From Massalongia carnosa (taxonomy: Eukaryota): a DNA stretch of 64,000 bases. Below, in pieces: positions 24,864-37,345 of the stretch. Position numbers and translations under genes: made by a program. Each line of letters starts with the position of its first letter. The stretch's first letter is position 1. Location of the stretch: positions 1,798,001 to 1,862,000 of the forward strand of contig OZ287075.1 of assembly GCA_965645245.1 (NCBI GenBank), read 5' to 3'. The notes under the pieces are model-generated. The model saw nothing but the letters and a program-made list of their open reading frames with translations, did no database searches and was not told where the DNA came from.

Positions 24864-26100
24864 TCAAACCCCCATCGTAAAATCATGCTCAATCCCCGGC
24901 GTTACACTGGCCATGAACTTAAGGAACACCACCAAGTACTGGTCCACGCGGATCGCTACTTCGTCCTCCTCTCTCTCCCCCGCCGAAGATGTAGCTTCGT
25001 GCTGCAGCACTTCCCACTCGTCGCCGCCGGCTCCGCCAGCCGCCGCCACCCCGGCCGCTATCCCGCGCTTTTCCCTCTCCGAAGAAGAGGAAATTTGGAC
25101 GGCGCTCATTTCGTCCACGAGACCTTCCATGCCGGCTTCCACGTTCTGTCCTTGCTGAGCCTTCGTGGGGCTACTCCCGTTCGCAGCCCCGCGTCGTATT
25201 TTCCCTAGCCGGATCTTCAGTGCGGCATCGGCGCGGTCGAGCAGGGCTTTCATGACGGGGGCATGCTTGCACGGATGCACGGATGCCATCTTGACACCGT
25301 GCTCGAAGAATGGGAAATCCTCTAGCGTGACGGTTTTGTCGGCGTAGTCGCCAACGATATCTTCCATCATGAGATGCGGGGGAAGGGGTTCCGAGGGGGA
25401 GAGGTAGCCGGAGAGGTAGAGGCGCGGGGTACGGTAGTATGGGGTGTAGGTTATGTAGAGGGTGTAGGTTCGTAAGGGGCTGTGATGTTCCCCGGGCAAG
25501 GGAGTTGTTTAGTTCTTTAAGCGGGGTTGGTTAAGGGGGGACAATGGAAGGAGGAAAGAGGAGCTCTTACGAATTTATTCCCTTGCCCTGAGGATCTCGA
25601 ATAATAGCCTCCTCATCGTCCTCCTCATCTTCCATATCCGGAATCTCCTCCTCCTCTTCCCTTTCCCCAACCTCCCCGCTCTCGTCCACAGTCCGCACAT
25701 CCCTCATCCGAGCCTCCTGACTGGCTGCTAACCCCCCGGTCCTCAACCACCCATCGTCTTCCCCCCCAGCTTCCCCACCCCCCCCATCGGCGGTGGTAAA
25801 GCCGTCCTGCACCATCGCTTCATCTTGCCCCGCGTCGCCGGCGAAATTCTCGTCCAGCCGCCGGTGACAGGGCACTCCGCGCGTGACGAGGAACTGTTTG
25901 CCAGCGGGGAGGTAAGCGACGCGTTTTGAAGCGGGTGAGGCGTCGGCCCAGGACCAGGTAGGGAATTTGTAGACGATGTAGTCGCCCGCCAGGACAAATT
26001 CCTCTGGGGTGATTTGGCCAGTAGTGCGGAAGGTGGAGGTATGGGTGATGGGGGCCCAGCGGTCACGGAGAGTGGATAGGGTGGAGTGGAGGACGTTCAT
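24864..26100 (-). CDS. ATG3: Autophagy E2-like conjugating enzyme Atg3; exons 26100-25571 and 25479-24864
   Basis: [51 protein letters not shown], catalytic SVHPCKHA and [25 protein letters not shown]. Confidence 0.97.
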
Positions 26101-26497
26101 GGCCTGGAATTTTTTTCACAATAGTGATGGAATTTAACCGTCTTGAATTTAGTTGATAAGATAGTTTGAAGGAGAGAGTATTTGTAGCTTAGAAGTTGCT
26201 GTTTGTTCACGGGCGATAAGGGAAGGGTTTTGAATACGGATAACGAAAGCGCTACTGCGTAATTTACGCATCATCGCTGCCTGCACTGTATTGCCCGTGT
26301 TGCAACGAGAACGTGACTCAACTGAGAATGTGATCGAGTCATACATAGCATCACTCAGCTCAATAGGCGGAAGAGCGATAGAAGCACATTCTGAGCCATG
26401 GACATTGTTGCAGTTGCTCCTTCATCCTGAATTGGGTAGTGCGTGAAGCTAGGGTTTCAACAGTCGAACAACCAGGTACCAAATCGTACCTAAAAAA

Positions 26498-27554
26498 ATG
26501 GCACTCCCTCAACCCGCTATGGCAATTCCCCTCGAACTATCACCAGGCGCTCTGAGACTAACCACAAAACCCACCGCATCAATCCACTACACCTTCGCCC
26601 AAGGCACTACCACCACCCACCCTCACCAGCTCGTAGTCTTCCTGAACGGCCTCCTCGCAGACAAAGCGTCCTGGCTAGCGGTCATGGCAAGCATCATCCG
26701 GCATCATAAGTCCACCAGCACAGGCTTCCCTTCTATGCTGGCCTACGACCGCTACGGCCAGGGAGTAACGGAAGACCGCGATCCCAAAGATCGCGGCCGG
26801 GAACGAGGGCACGGGCATGATGTCGCAGACGCCGTGGAAGATCTTCATCAGATCATTGCGCAAATGGCCCAGCTGCGGCTGCATGCGACGGTAGACCAGT
26901 TACAGTTAGTGCTGGTAGCAAATTCCATCGGGTGCGCCATCGCGAGGCTTTATGCGGAAAGATATCCTGGGACGGTATCGGCGCTGCTGTTGCTCGATTC
27001 TATCATGGCAAACTCGAATTTTGACTTCTGGCCGGATCCCGATGCCAAGGAGTTTAGTGAGGAGCTGTTGCCGCGGGACGTAACCGTTGAGGTGCTCAGG
27101 GAGCAAAGGGCCAGATTCGCAGCCATGTTTAGTCATCACATAGTTAACAGAGAAGGATTGAGCAGGAGGAACCTAGCCGACCTGTTGCCTCTTAGCGACG
27201 GCCCAAAACTCCTTGGGCCAGAGCAAGGTCAGGAACCGTGGGTGACGATTATTGGACATGATTTCGAGCGTTTCGCACAGGAAAGCCTCAAGGTAAGTTT
27301 CAACCCCTTCATGTATAGCACGTCATGTAGTCAACGGTACCTGTTAGAGCATGGAAACCCCAACCTCTTTGTCGATGCAGTACACAAATCCTATATGGCA
27401 TGCCTACAATCTAGGCCTCGCCCAAATCACAGATGAACGACGCAGCAGAGGGCCAATAATCGCCGAGGGCTGTGGGCATTTCATCCAAAGGGATGACCCG
27501 AACCTCGTCGTCAGAGAGTTGTGTATGCTGTTGGACAAACTCAATGGTCAATAG
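26498..27554 (+). CDS. Alpha/beta-hydrolase fold protein; intron ~27293-27347
   Basis: VVFLNGL, AYDRYGQG, nucleophile elbow VANSIG, LLLLDS and C-terminal GCGHFIQRDDP. Confidence 0.88.
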
Positions 27555-27735
27555 TGCTAGGCTCTAGACCTTTAGTTCCATTAAGAATCCTCCTCCGAAG
27601 AAAAGATGCTAGCGGTTGGCCTTTAAGGGGACAAGCATGTGAAAATTTTGCGGCGAATCATCATGTCAGATTTGAGATTGCTCCGATGAAACACAAGGTA
27701 GAAATCCAGCTTAGAGCTCAAGTCTTGAAATAGAT

Positions 27736-29003
27736 TCATAATTTCGACTGCTTCGTACCCTTCACTCCAGAAACTGCCTCATCCGAAAGCAAAAAATCAG
27801 GATACTTGAAGCCTGCACCGGAATTCGATAACTGGGTCCGCCATGCCGCTCCATCGACTGAGCACCATTCCATCAGTATTGACAATGATCTCAAGAGAAT
27901 GCCTCTGCACAGAAAAACTCACCAACAAGCGTCTGACCCGTCACGTAATTCGCTGCGTCGGAAAACAAATACACCGTTGCATCCGCAACCTCCTTCACCG
28001 TTCCCCATCTTCCTAATGGAATGCTCTTTTTCGAAGCGTCTTTCTGGTCCCCCTTCGCCAACCGCTCCATACCTTCCGTGCCGCCGATCGGTCCAGGAGC
28101 AATCACGTTCGACGTCACTCCTCGCGGGCCGAATTCAATCGCTACCGCGTTCGAGAGTGCGTGCACGCCAGCTTTGGCAACGCTAACATGCGCCTGGAGG
28201 GGCACGCCGGTAAAGTGGATTGTTACCCCAATGAAGATGATGCGGCCGCCGGTTCCGGATGGAGATGCTGGATGAAAGTAAGGGGGCCGCGGAGCAAGTG
28301 GGAGGGGTTCTGCACGCTTACCGGTTTTGCCATCGCTTTTGTGCTTCGCGGCCGACTCGACAAGGCTGGGAAGCGTGGCTTTGAGCGTGTTGTAGGAGCC
28401 CAGCACATCAATGTCTATGACGGACTTGAACGCATTGGGGCTGAGCTGGGTAATGGGCGCAAGAAAGTTGCCTGCCGCTCCAGCGCTGGAAAATTATTAA
28501 TATCATCAATAACAATATAAACCCCTACCTTAACCCCCCCCTTCACCCTCACCCCGGGGATTTCCAAAAACATTGAAACTCACATTACAAAATCAATCCC
28601 TCCCAGCTCCGCCACACACCTCCCCACCGCCATCTCCAAGCTCTCCACCCTCCTCACATCGACCCCCCCGATCCCCAATACCCTGGCCCCCTCCCTCGCC
28701 GTCGTGATTTCCCCCGCCATCCGCTCCGTCTTCTCCACGTTGCGGCCCACGATGCATGCGTTCGCGCCTAGGTATACCAGCGCTCGCACTTGCGCACTGC
28801 AGATCGAGCCCGCGCCGCCGGTGCAGAACACGACTTTTTGGTCTGGAAGCGTGCTCGTTTTAGCAAATGTGTGCGTGCGTGCGAGCGTATGGAGTTATTG
28901 AAGTATTGGGGGGGAGGGGGGAGAGGAAGGTTTGTGATGCGTACATACCGAAAATCCCATCTTTCCAGATCTCGCTCACGTAGTCGCTTTTGGGAAGGGC
29001 CAT
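27736..29003 (-). CDS. SPS19: Peroxisomal 2,4-dienoyl-CoA reductase (SDR), multi-exon, C-terminal PTS1
   Basis: IWKDGIF, FCTGGAGSIC, AGAAGNFLAP, QAHVSVAKAG and NVIAPGPIGGTEGMERL; the last exon ends ...GTKQSKL*. Confidence 0.92.
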
Positions 29004-29498
29004 GATTTATGATCCCCAGGGATAAAGGGGGGGGGAGGAAGTTGCGGTGACGTGAGTTGAGCAAAAGACAATGGGATGGAACTACTTTTAAGTAAATGGG
29101 GGAACCACCGAAGTGCGGAGGAGTAAGCTGATAAATATGTCGTCGCTTACTCGTATATGTACGTAGTTAATATCCAAACTTCTTCTTCCTTGGATAGCTA
29201 ACTAAACTAAATAAATGCTGATGAGGGGCGAGGAGGAGGAGAAGAAGAAGAAGTGCACCTAATCGCTATCTTAGTTAACTGTTAGTTAACTAGTTATCTA
29301 GCATTTGTTCTTGCCCGTTCGTTCGAATCTTGTGGGAGAAGAAACAAAGCGATGGGCAGCTCTGCAAAGTCAGTCAGTCCTACACAAAAGCCCAGCCCAA
29401 TCGTGGCTTCGGAGCCTTCCTCTTTCATCATTATCAACAACAACATCGAAAACATACCCGCTATCGGGCTTGGGAACTCTCCCTGCAAATAAGGCAAA

Positions 29499-30226
29499 AT
29501 GTCCCGCCGAACCACAGTTACCCTCCTCAAATTTGTCGGCACCATCTCTCTCGGGCTACTAACTGTAAGCTCGCCCTCCACACACGCCCTCCCCCCCGTG
29601 CTATACCTCCTTACGTCACACTTCCCTTCCCTCCTCTCCCCCCCCCCTCCCTCCCCAAAACTTGCCCATTTACTTACTTTACTAACCGCCCTCTTCCCTC
29701 AATTTCTTTCAACAAACAGGGTCTCTCAACAACGCTCTCAACCACCTCTCTCCCAGCCCTGCTCCTTCTCCCCGCCGCGCCCCCGGCCTACACCACCTCG
29801 CAGCACCTCCAGCAGCTGACCGCCCGGCACCAATCGCTGCTCGCCAGCCTCGGCGCCGGCTCTCTGGTGCTGGCGTTCGCGCTGTCGCCGGCCCGTGGGC
29901 GCCATCCGTATCTCCTATGGGCGACGCTAGCGGTCGGGGCGGGGTTCTGGCGGGAGGCGCTGGGGGCGGTGGTGGGCGGAAGGAAGAGAAACGGGAATGG
30001 GAATGGGAATGGAGTTGCGGAGGGGAAGAGGGGTAGGAGCGCGGGAAGAGAGGATTCTGGTGAGGCGGGGTGGGATTTTGGGGATGGGGAGGCGGCGGGA
30101 GAGGTTAATGGAGAGGCGGTGAGGGAGGGGGTGGAGGCATGGAGGGGGCGGGAGGCGCTGAGAGCGGGGATTTTGGCTGTCGGGTGGGTGGTTAGCTTAG
30201 TGGGGATTTGGGGGGATGGGGTGTAG
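29499..30226 (+). CDS. ATG33: Atg33/Scm4-like mitochondrial membrane protein; intron ~29565-29719
   Basis: LKFVGTISLGLLT|GLS...LPALLLLP, GRHPYLLW, VNGE.V and C-terminal VGIWGDGV resemble filamentous-fungal Atg33-like proteins (recalled similarity). Confidence 0.7.
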
Positions 30227-30491
30227 GTAAGGATGTTTCGGGGTGATATTGAGGGATGAATTAAGGGGATGAGGAGCAGGAGTGGGGATTGCGGCATTTG
30301 TTAGGTTGATGCTTGGGCTTCTGGGGGGGTTGTGACCATTCTGCTCAATGTTTCTATTTTATTTGAGGAGGAATAGGGAACTTGGTCTGCATGGACGAAC
30401 TGAAACGGGGGAGTAATTCTTTTTGTATCCACGCTTTCCAGGACCCTGCACTCGTCAAATCCATATACCTCTTGCGTTTTCCGCCCTCATT

Positions 30492-32072
30492 TCATGCCCT
30501 ACTTTCTTGCCTCTCCCCGTCCCTCTCCCCATTCCTCTCCCCATCCCTCTCCCCATCCCTCTCCCCATCCCTCTCCCCATCCCTCTCCCCATCCTCCCGG
30601 CCCCGATACCCCAGGAACATCTTCAACATGCCCAAATCATAGCCCGCCTTCAACCCACCCGCAATAAGGAACGCAACCCAGAATTTCCCCTGCCCAGCCA
30701 ACCACCCCGTAGCCACGGGTCCCCCACTCTGACTCAGGGTCTTCACCATGTTCACTACGCCCATCACCGCCGTCCTCTCGGTTGGCAGCACGACTGCGGC
30801 GAGAAATGCCTGGCGCGGCGCTTGGTCCATGCTCTGCATGCTGGACCGTAGCGCTAGGAATGTCATTGCGAGGGCGGCACTGCTCGGAAGGGGGATTAAG
30901 GCTAGGAAGATGGCAGAAGGCAGATGCGTGAAGACCATGGTCTTGATCAGGCCGATGTGTTTCGAGATCGACGACGCCACGAGCATGGAGATGGAGGCAA
31001 GGATATTTGTGACAAAGAACAGCGTGCCAAGTTGTCCCTCGGGAAGGGAGAACTTGCGCGTGAAGAAGTAGGTTATCCACGATTGAGGGGTTAAGCCGCT
31101 GGCAAAGGAGTCAAATAGGAAAAGAAGACAGAGCCTGATGAGAACGCTGCGAGAGGCTGGCGAGATGGCTGGCCATATTGACTTCTTCGGCTTTGTTGCG
31201 GCAGCAGCTGGCTTCCGCGTCGTATTCCCATCGAGGCCATCTTCATCGTCGGAAAGAAGACCTTCGGCTTCGATCGCTCCTAACTCGACAGCCTCATGGC
31301 GTTCCTGCTTCGCAGGCTCCGGTTCGCATTTCTCGCTGAGCATCAGGGAGAGGCCAAGCTTTACACCACCCAAAAGAGCATAGAGGCCGAAGATCACTCG
31401 GTATGCCCGCGTGTCTGCCCAGCCGCTAATCGTCTTCAGCTCTTCGACTATCCATCCGCACAGAATAATTCCGCAAGCCGAGCCTGCGGTGCCCAGAAGG
31501 GTGTACCAAGCAAATATATCGCTACGTATCTCCGATGGCGTGAGCTGCGCAAGCGTAGACTCTTCAATGGCTCTGAATGGGCCAATCTCACTTCCGCTGA
31601 TGTAATAATTAGCTCTTGTCTAAATGTAAACTCCTTGATATAGGATGAATTTTCAGATTGATAAGTCGAAAGTAGTTCACCTTGGACTTATGACACCAAA
31701 AACGCTCGCGGCTACCAAAACCCAATAATTGCCATTGAATGCAAACACAACCCCGCTCGCGGTCATTAAGCCCGCCCCTGCAATCAACGTTCTCCTTCGC
31801 CCCAATCCATCGGCAAACAGCGTCAGGCAAAAGCTAATCACCACATCTCCCAAAAGCGTCAGGGTCATGAACAGCCCAATGCGGGCGTCGGAAATATTCA
31901 AGCTAGAGAGGTAGAGAGCAAGAATGAGGGTCGAGGCTCCGTAGGCGAAGAGTCGCACGAACCGCTGAAGACACAGAAGCTTGGTGTCTCGCGGGGAACT
32001 GAGGATTGAGTCCACTCCCAATTCGGACTTCAATCGCTGGAGAAGAGAGTTGGGTTTGTTGCTCGAGGTCAT
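30492..32072 (-). CDS. MFS transporter; exons ~32072-31682 and 31597-30492
   Basis: QRFVRLFAYG, ADGLGRR (motif A), GVISP|SGSEIGPFRAIEES, MVFTHLPS and MDQAPRQAFLA; many TM segments. Confidence 0.92.
30511..30593. repeat. 12-bp coding minisatellite (CCTCTCCCCATC)n encoding (GERD)n
   Basis: About 7 tandem units at the MFS C-terminus. Confidence 0.85.
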
Positions 32073-32253
32073 GATGATAACGTATCAAGCGTTTCTTCAG
32101 CCATTGCCCACCGACTAGCCCTATTCTATGTTGAGAACAACAGCTATGATATTTTCATGGCCGCTTATGATACCAGACGTAGAGAAAAGCTGATGAGGAA
32201 TCGTAAGCTTTATCTACCTAAACTAGTTAGCCTATCAGATTTGGATAACTAAC

Positions 32254-32489
32254 CACGCGGGGACCAAAAAAATCACAATTTTCACTCCCCCAAAAATCCT
32301 CCATCATCAAACAATTTAATTATTATGCAACATCATCAAACATCCCAATTAGAATCTCATGATTATCAGGAAGTATATCCTACATCTACTAAAGCCAAAG
32401 AACAAGTCGTGTGCAAATTTAACGATGCGAATGAGAGGTTTTTCGTGGAGTAAAAAGTTCGCTGTCCCAACTTTTTTGGTCCCCGCGTG
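32254..32489. mobile_element. MITE-like element (236 bp)
   Basis: Perfect 18-bp terminal inverted repeat CACGCGGGGACCAAAAAA (32254-32271 / 32472-32489), further imperfect subterminal complementarity and an AT-rich core. No clear TSD. Confidence 0.6.
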
Positions 32490-35057
32490 CCAGCCTGATC
32501 GCGGAAGGTAGATGCCAATTATCAAAGCAGTTGGCTGGTTTCCTTATCATGTATAGCTATCGACGCAAAATGCGCTCCGTTCGTACCAATTTCGCACGTC
32601 AGAGAAGTGGCAGTTCTTCAATAATCGATTTGTGATAGGAGGATTTAAGAGCTTTAAACTGTATCTACAGGGTATTGCATGATAAGCGTAAATACAAATT
32701 ATGCGCATTATCTTATTGAAGCGCTTGATTCTTTATTTCGGGCCCCATCCCCACAAAATTCGTGCAGTTCGTCTCACCTTATAAGAAGGTAGATACCGCA
32801 GATATCACCGCAGCCCTCACCTTGTAGCCTAAGTTAGATGGAGCTGATTCCCGCCGTGGGCACATTCCTCAACCCAGGAACGAACTTTCCAGCCCAATCC
32901 AGGAGAACAAGAGCTGTAAGCCGGGAACGGAGTTGCTTGTAGTGTCGAATTGGTCCCTGCCGTACCTGCCGCTAAACATGTCGTCACGGCTTGCTCGTAT
33001 CTAACATTCACGTTCGCTATCTGTATTTTCTTTTCCTTCTCAGTGCTCCACATATGTCGCTCACCACCACGCGCTCTGATCGGTTGCTGCAGCTACTACT
33101 CGTTGTTGCCACTCATAATAACTTGTTTACGGACTTCCACGACCCGACGTGCTGGAATCGCTGAGCCCAGTATTCGACCAGGAGAATTTCCTAGATGATA
33201 TTGAATTTCCAAGCACTTCCACAAACCCATCGATATAAGCGTTGCATCGCCGAACCTGGAGGGCGATTGCAGCACAGGCGATCAATACAAAATGATCAGC
33301 GGTAAGGAAAATGAGTCTGTCATCTTGAGTAACTCGATTGATTCTTTCGCCATGGAGAATCCGGGCAGCTCAGGCAATCCAAAGTCAAGTAAGCGATTTC
33401 AGCCCGCACGCCGAAGCAAGTCTGAGCTCACCGCACCTAGCAGAGCTTGGGGAGACCAGCTATCTCATGACTAAACTTCCTTCGCTTGATTACGATCCAG
33501 CCACTGCCCAAACCCAGCTCATTGAAAGCACTATCAGCTCAGACCTTAATTTAGGGAGCCTATTCGCTGCCCTAAGATTCCCCACATGTTTCGGCTTTAA
33601 GAAGCCATATTGTTGCGAAAAGGAGGTTTCATATTTGAAAGTGGCAAACAACTGCAATCCATGTATGTCATATGCGTAATGCCTTCCCACGACCCTCGGT
33701 CGAAATATCTCGAGCTCAGCTATCAAGCTCGTTGGTGAATCCTCATGCGGCTAATGCACGTTTGTAATTGTGGAGATGCCGCCGATGGCGATCCTCGGGT
33801 TCCATGAGGAAGGAAGGCATACCAATTTTGTTGTGATGGTGTATACGTTAGTTTTCTCTCACTATCTCCGTGCATATAAGGGAAATAACAGATGAAACAA
33901 TACATAGGAACGCAAAGGACATGGTTGTTTTCAAGTGGCTTATTCGCCAAGAGCAAAAGCAAATTGAAGTTTCACGGTCAACCAGACGGAGGGGATCTGA
34001 AATCAAGGGCTAAATGAAACGGTAAAGAAGTTGTAAACTGAACGAATAGTTAACTAGATAAGTGAAAATGTCTGGGTTGCCCCTGGTATGATCCATGAAC
34101 GTGGCAAGAAAGCTCATAATCGAGAAAGCTCATAATCGAGAGTGCATGATACCAGGAGACCGTACTGATACCAGAAGGTGAGAACCAGTCGCAGAAACCG
34201 ACAAGGAACGTAATGTCTGTATGACAGTTCGACGGATCTAGCACCCATGCGAGTGGATGGGTCTTGACGCTAAATGCGTTATGGGATGGATTTGAGGATT
34301 TCAAAACTTCATCCCTATGTTGATTTTATGTCTAATTGGTGGACCTCGTCGACCAGAACAGCAACCCCGCCTGTAGGCAGAATAGATTTGGAAGAAACTG
34401 CATAGCCTGATCTTTTGTTTTCGGACAAGAGCGCTGATGTCGAGGCCTTGTACAGGATGGGTTGTTCATGACATTTTGTCTGTATCGAGTACAGCGACTT
34501 TCTAGCATCAACATGGTTTAGTTCAAGCTAACCTAAAACCTTTCAGAAGCTGGCTCGAGCTTGAAGCTTCGGAGAGGTACTGGACCAATCAGAGCCAAAG
34601 ATTTTATGATCTACCGACGATCTGCCGATGACCCCGAATCTCTGCCAAGGTTCCCTCAAGACGAGCTTGTGAAGTCCTCCCAGTTTTCCACATGGTTAAT
34701 CAGGGGCGCCTGCAGATTTCCTTGCTCCTGGCGAATGATTGAGCGCCTTCTGTTAACCTACCGTTACTCTGTACAGGTACAAAGTACAGAGTACATCGTC
34801 GAAAACAAACAGGTACACAGTATTTATTTGCGATAGACAGATGACAGATGCACAATCTATGCTAGCTGATGACGTTCGGCTTCGTCGGAACGGCGCAGTC
34901 AGCACCCACACACAACATCGCATCAGGCGCTTCGCAATCGCTGCATAGGGCCAGCTAAAGATCCTCTCCTGATTGTTTTGGACGGAGAATGTCCGTTGTG
35001 TGAGCAAAAGCTATGGCTTAGCTGCTTTGATGAGTCTTGCTCAACACCAACGCGTTC

Positions 35058-36983
35058 ATGATGCCCCTCCATTTTCCAACCTGGTCGCAAACCAAAACGA
35101 CCTCCAAACAAGGATTTGATAAGGTTTACAAGGTCGTCGACAAGCTCGGAGACCCTGTCAATCGTCTGTCTCATAAGATAGGGTCTGAGGCGTTTTGGCC
35201 GACAACGCTGGATAAAGAATCGGACAAGGCTGCCCGGATCCTACGAAGCTTCTGCAAGGATGGGTTCTACATTGATGACGCCGAAGGGCAACTTCCTGCA
35301 GGCGAAGCACCGAAAGGTAAAGCCAGAGTGGTGAAGAAAATCCCTACCGAAGTTATCCAAAAGGCAAAAGGACTAGCGGTTTTCACCACGATGAGAACGG
35401 GCTTGTGGGTGAGCGGGGCTGGAGGAAGCGGGATACTAGTTGGCAGAACCGCGACGGGAGAATGGTCGCCTCCCTCAGGGATCATGTTGCATACCGCGGG
35501 CTTGGGCTTTTTGGTTGGGGTGGATATATATGATTGTGTGATTGTAATCAATACCAAGCAGGCTTTGGAGGCTTTTATGAAGATACGATGTACATTGGGA
35601 GGAGAAGTTAGCGCAGTGGCGGGGCCTGTGGGTGTAGGGGGAGTGTTGGAGACGGAGATCCACACTAGGCAAGCACCTGTGTGGAACTATCTCAAGAGCC
35701 GGGGCTTTTACGCAGGAGTTCAGATCGATGGGACGGTGATTATCGAGAGGACAGATGAAAATGCGCGGTTTTATGGGGAACGGATCGGAGTTGCCGAAAT
35801 TCTGGCCGGCAAAGTGAGACACCCTCCCTATGAGATTAGGACGTTGATGGCAACGATCAAAGCGGCTCAAGGGGATACCGATGTTGACGAACAATCCCTG
35901 CCCGCTCCGGAACCTACGCCCGGTGATCTAGAAATTGAAAAAGCCATTGTCAGTCGATCGAGTTCTTTCGGTCTACCCGTTGAAAACGACCCCGATCCCT
36001 TTGGTGTCCTTGCTCTGGAGAAAGAAGGCTTTGAAATCAGAGAAGCTGGTACAAAGAGTCGTCCGAGTGTGGAAACATTCGAATACCGACCGTCCCCTAC
36101 CAGCCCAATCTACAGCACCTTTGGCCGCCGCAGTCTCGATGGCAGCTACAAGCGCGACAGCAAGCGAAGCAGTAAACAGAGTATCGCCAGCATCGATCGC
36201 GGCACGCAAACGGAACCGTTTGGGCTTGGCCCTTATGAGGAATTCCTTAGCTCAGGCGGGCACTACAGCCCCGTCCGGAAAACCACCGAGAATCTCACGG
36301 TGGAAAATGACGAGGGGTTCGAGCCCGATCGCTCGGCCACGGTAGAGCCTATCCTAGAGACCCACGAACCAACCTTGCAACCAGTCATATCTCGGGCCCG
36401 CCTCGTTACGATCCCAAAGAGGATCCCTCCGACGCTGCCGCCCAGAAGTCCCTACCGAGCCCAAGCCACTCTCTTAACCACGGAATCTCCCAGCAGCCCG
36501 GTAGAAGTCAAACCTCAAGGCCTAGGCCTCGACTTCAACCCCTCCCCTCCCCAAGACCCTTCTCTCAATCCTGACAACGAAACCAGCACCACTACCCCAT
36601 CTCCTCGGAAAGAAGACTTTGACAATGACCTCGCCCGATTGCATCTCTTCCCCCGCACCGACCCGGATCGCCTATCCCCGCGCAAAGAAGGGTTCGACGA
36701 GATATCCATGAGCGGGTCCGATTATTCCCGCGACACGCTCGTCGTGGCGAGCGAGCGCGAGGTTTCCGATTCCACTCTTACTTGGCTTCGACACGACATT
36801 GGGGATGGGAAGAACAGCGAGAAAGGGGAAATCCGCCACGAGGAGCGGAAAGACCTGCAGGAGGAGCGGCAGGATCTCGAAGGCGCTAAGGAACTTGTAG
36901 AGGTTCCGGGTAGGTTCGAGGAGTTCCATTCGGTGCCGAGTACGCCAGTGGATGGGGGCAAGCCGGTGGGATTTTTGGCGTGA
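35058..36983 (+). CDS. SYLF (Ysc84/Lsb3, DUF500) domain protein without SH3, with a long disordered C-terminus
   Basis: EAFWPTTLDKESDKAARIL.SF, SGAGGSG, WSPPSG, GFLVGVDIYDCV.VIN, KSRGFYAGVQIDG and ERTDENARFYG. Confidence 0.9.
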   Translation: MMPLHFPTWSQTKTTSKQGFDKVYKVVDKLGDPVNRLSHKIGSEAFWPTTLDKESDKAARILRSFCKDGFYIDDAEGQLPAGEAPKGKARVVKKIPTEVIQKAKGLAVFTTMRTGLWVSGAGGSGILVGRTATGEWSPPSGIMLHTAGLGFLVGVDIYDCVIVINTKQALEAFMKIRCTLGGEVSAVAGPVGVGGVLETEIHTRQAPVWNYLKSRGFYAGVQIDGTVIIERTDENARFYGERIGVAEILAGKVRHPPYEIRTLMATIKAAQGDTDVDEQSLPAPEPTPGDLEIEKAIVSRSSSFGLPVENDPDPFGVLALEKEGFEIREAGTKSRPSVETFEYRPSPTSPIYSTFGRRSLDGSYKRDSKRSSKQSIASIDRGTQTEPFGLGPYEEFLSSGGHYSPVRKTTENLTVENDEGFEPDRSATVEPILETHEPTLQPVISRARLVTIPKRIPPTLPPRSPYRAQATLLTTESPSSPVEVKPQGLGLDFNPSPPQDPSLNPDNETSTTTPSPRKEDFDNDLARLHLFPRTDPDRLSPRKEGFDEISMSGSDYSRDTLVVASEREVSDSTLTWLRHDIGDGKNSEKGEIRHEERKDLQEERQDLEGAKELVEVPGRFEEFHSVPSTPVDGGKPVGFLA

Positions 36984-37345
36984 AAACGTTAAGGGATCGT
37001 ATGGTCTTCGCCCGGGGGTGGGGTGGTTTATGGCGTTACATATTCATCCCTAATATTATTATTTTATATAGAGATCTATAGAAATGAATGAAGTTATAAC
37101 AGTTTGATGTTCGGTTTCATATTATGCAAACTTGGCCAATTGCTTTCTTATTTCTTTCTTGTGTTATTCTCATACCTTCGGTCGTTGAAAATATCGTTCC
37201 CGTATACATATTTTCTTTGGGAAGGTCCTTTTCTTTCTTACCAAAAGCACGTATTCCTACATCCACCTTGTTGCTACTAGGACTGTTATAGGTGAAATGA
37301 CGATGTTAAGGACTTACAAACAAGTTATAAGTAATAGCTCTGTGA

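Noticed and set aside
33200..34750. Minus-strand ORF fragments and a 15-bp duplication (AAGCTCATAATCGAG x2 near 34110-34140) suggesting a decayed gene
   Set aside because: No recognisable motif or consistent frame could be reconstructed by eye.
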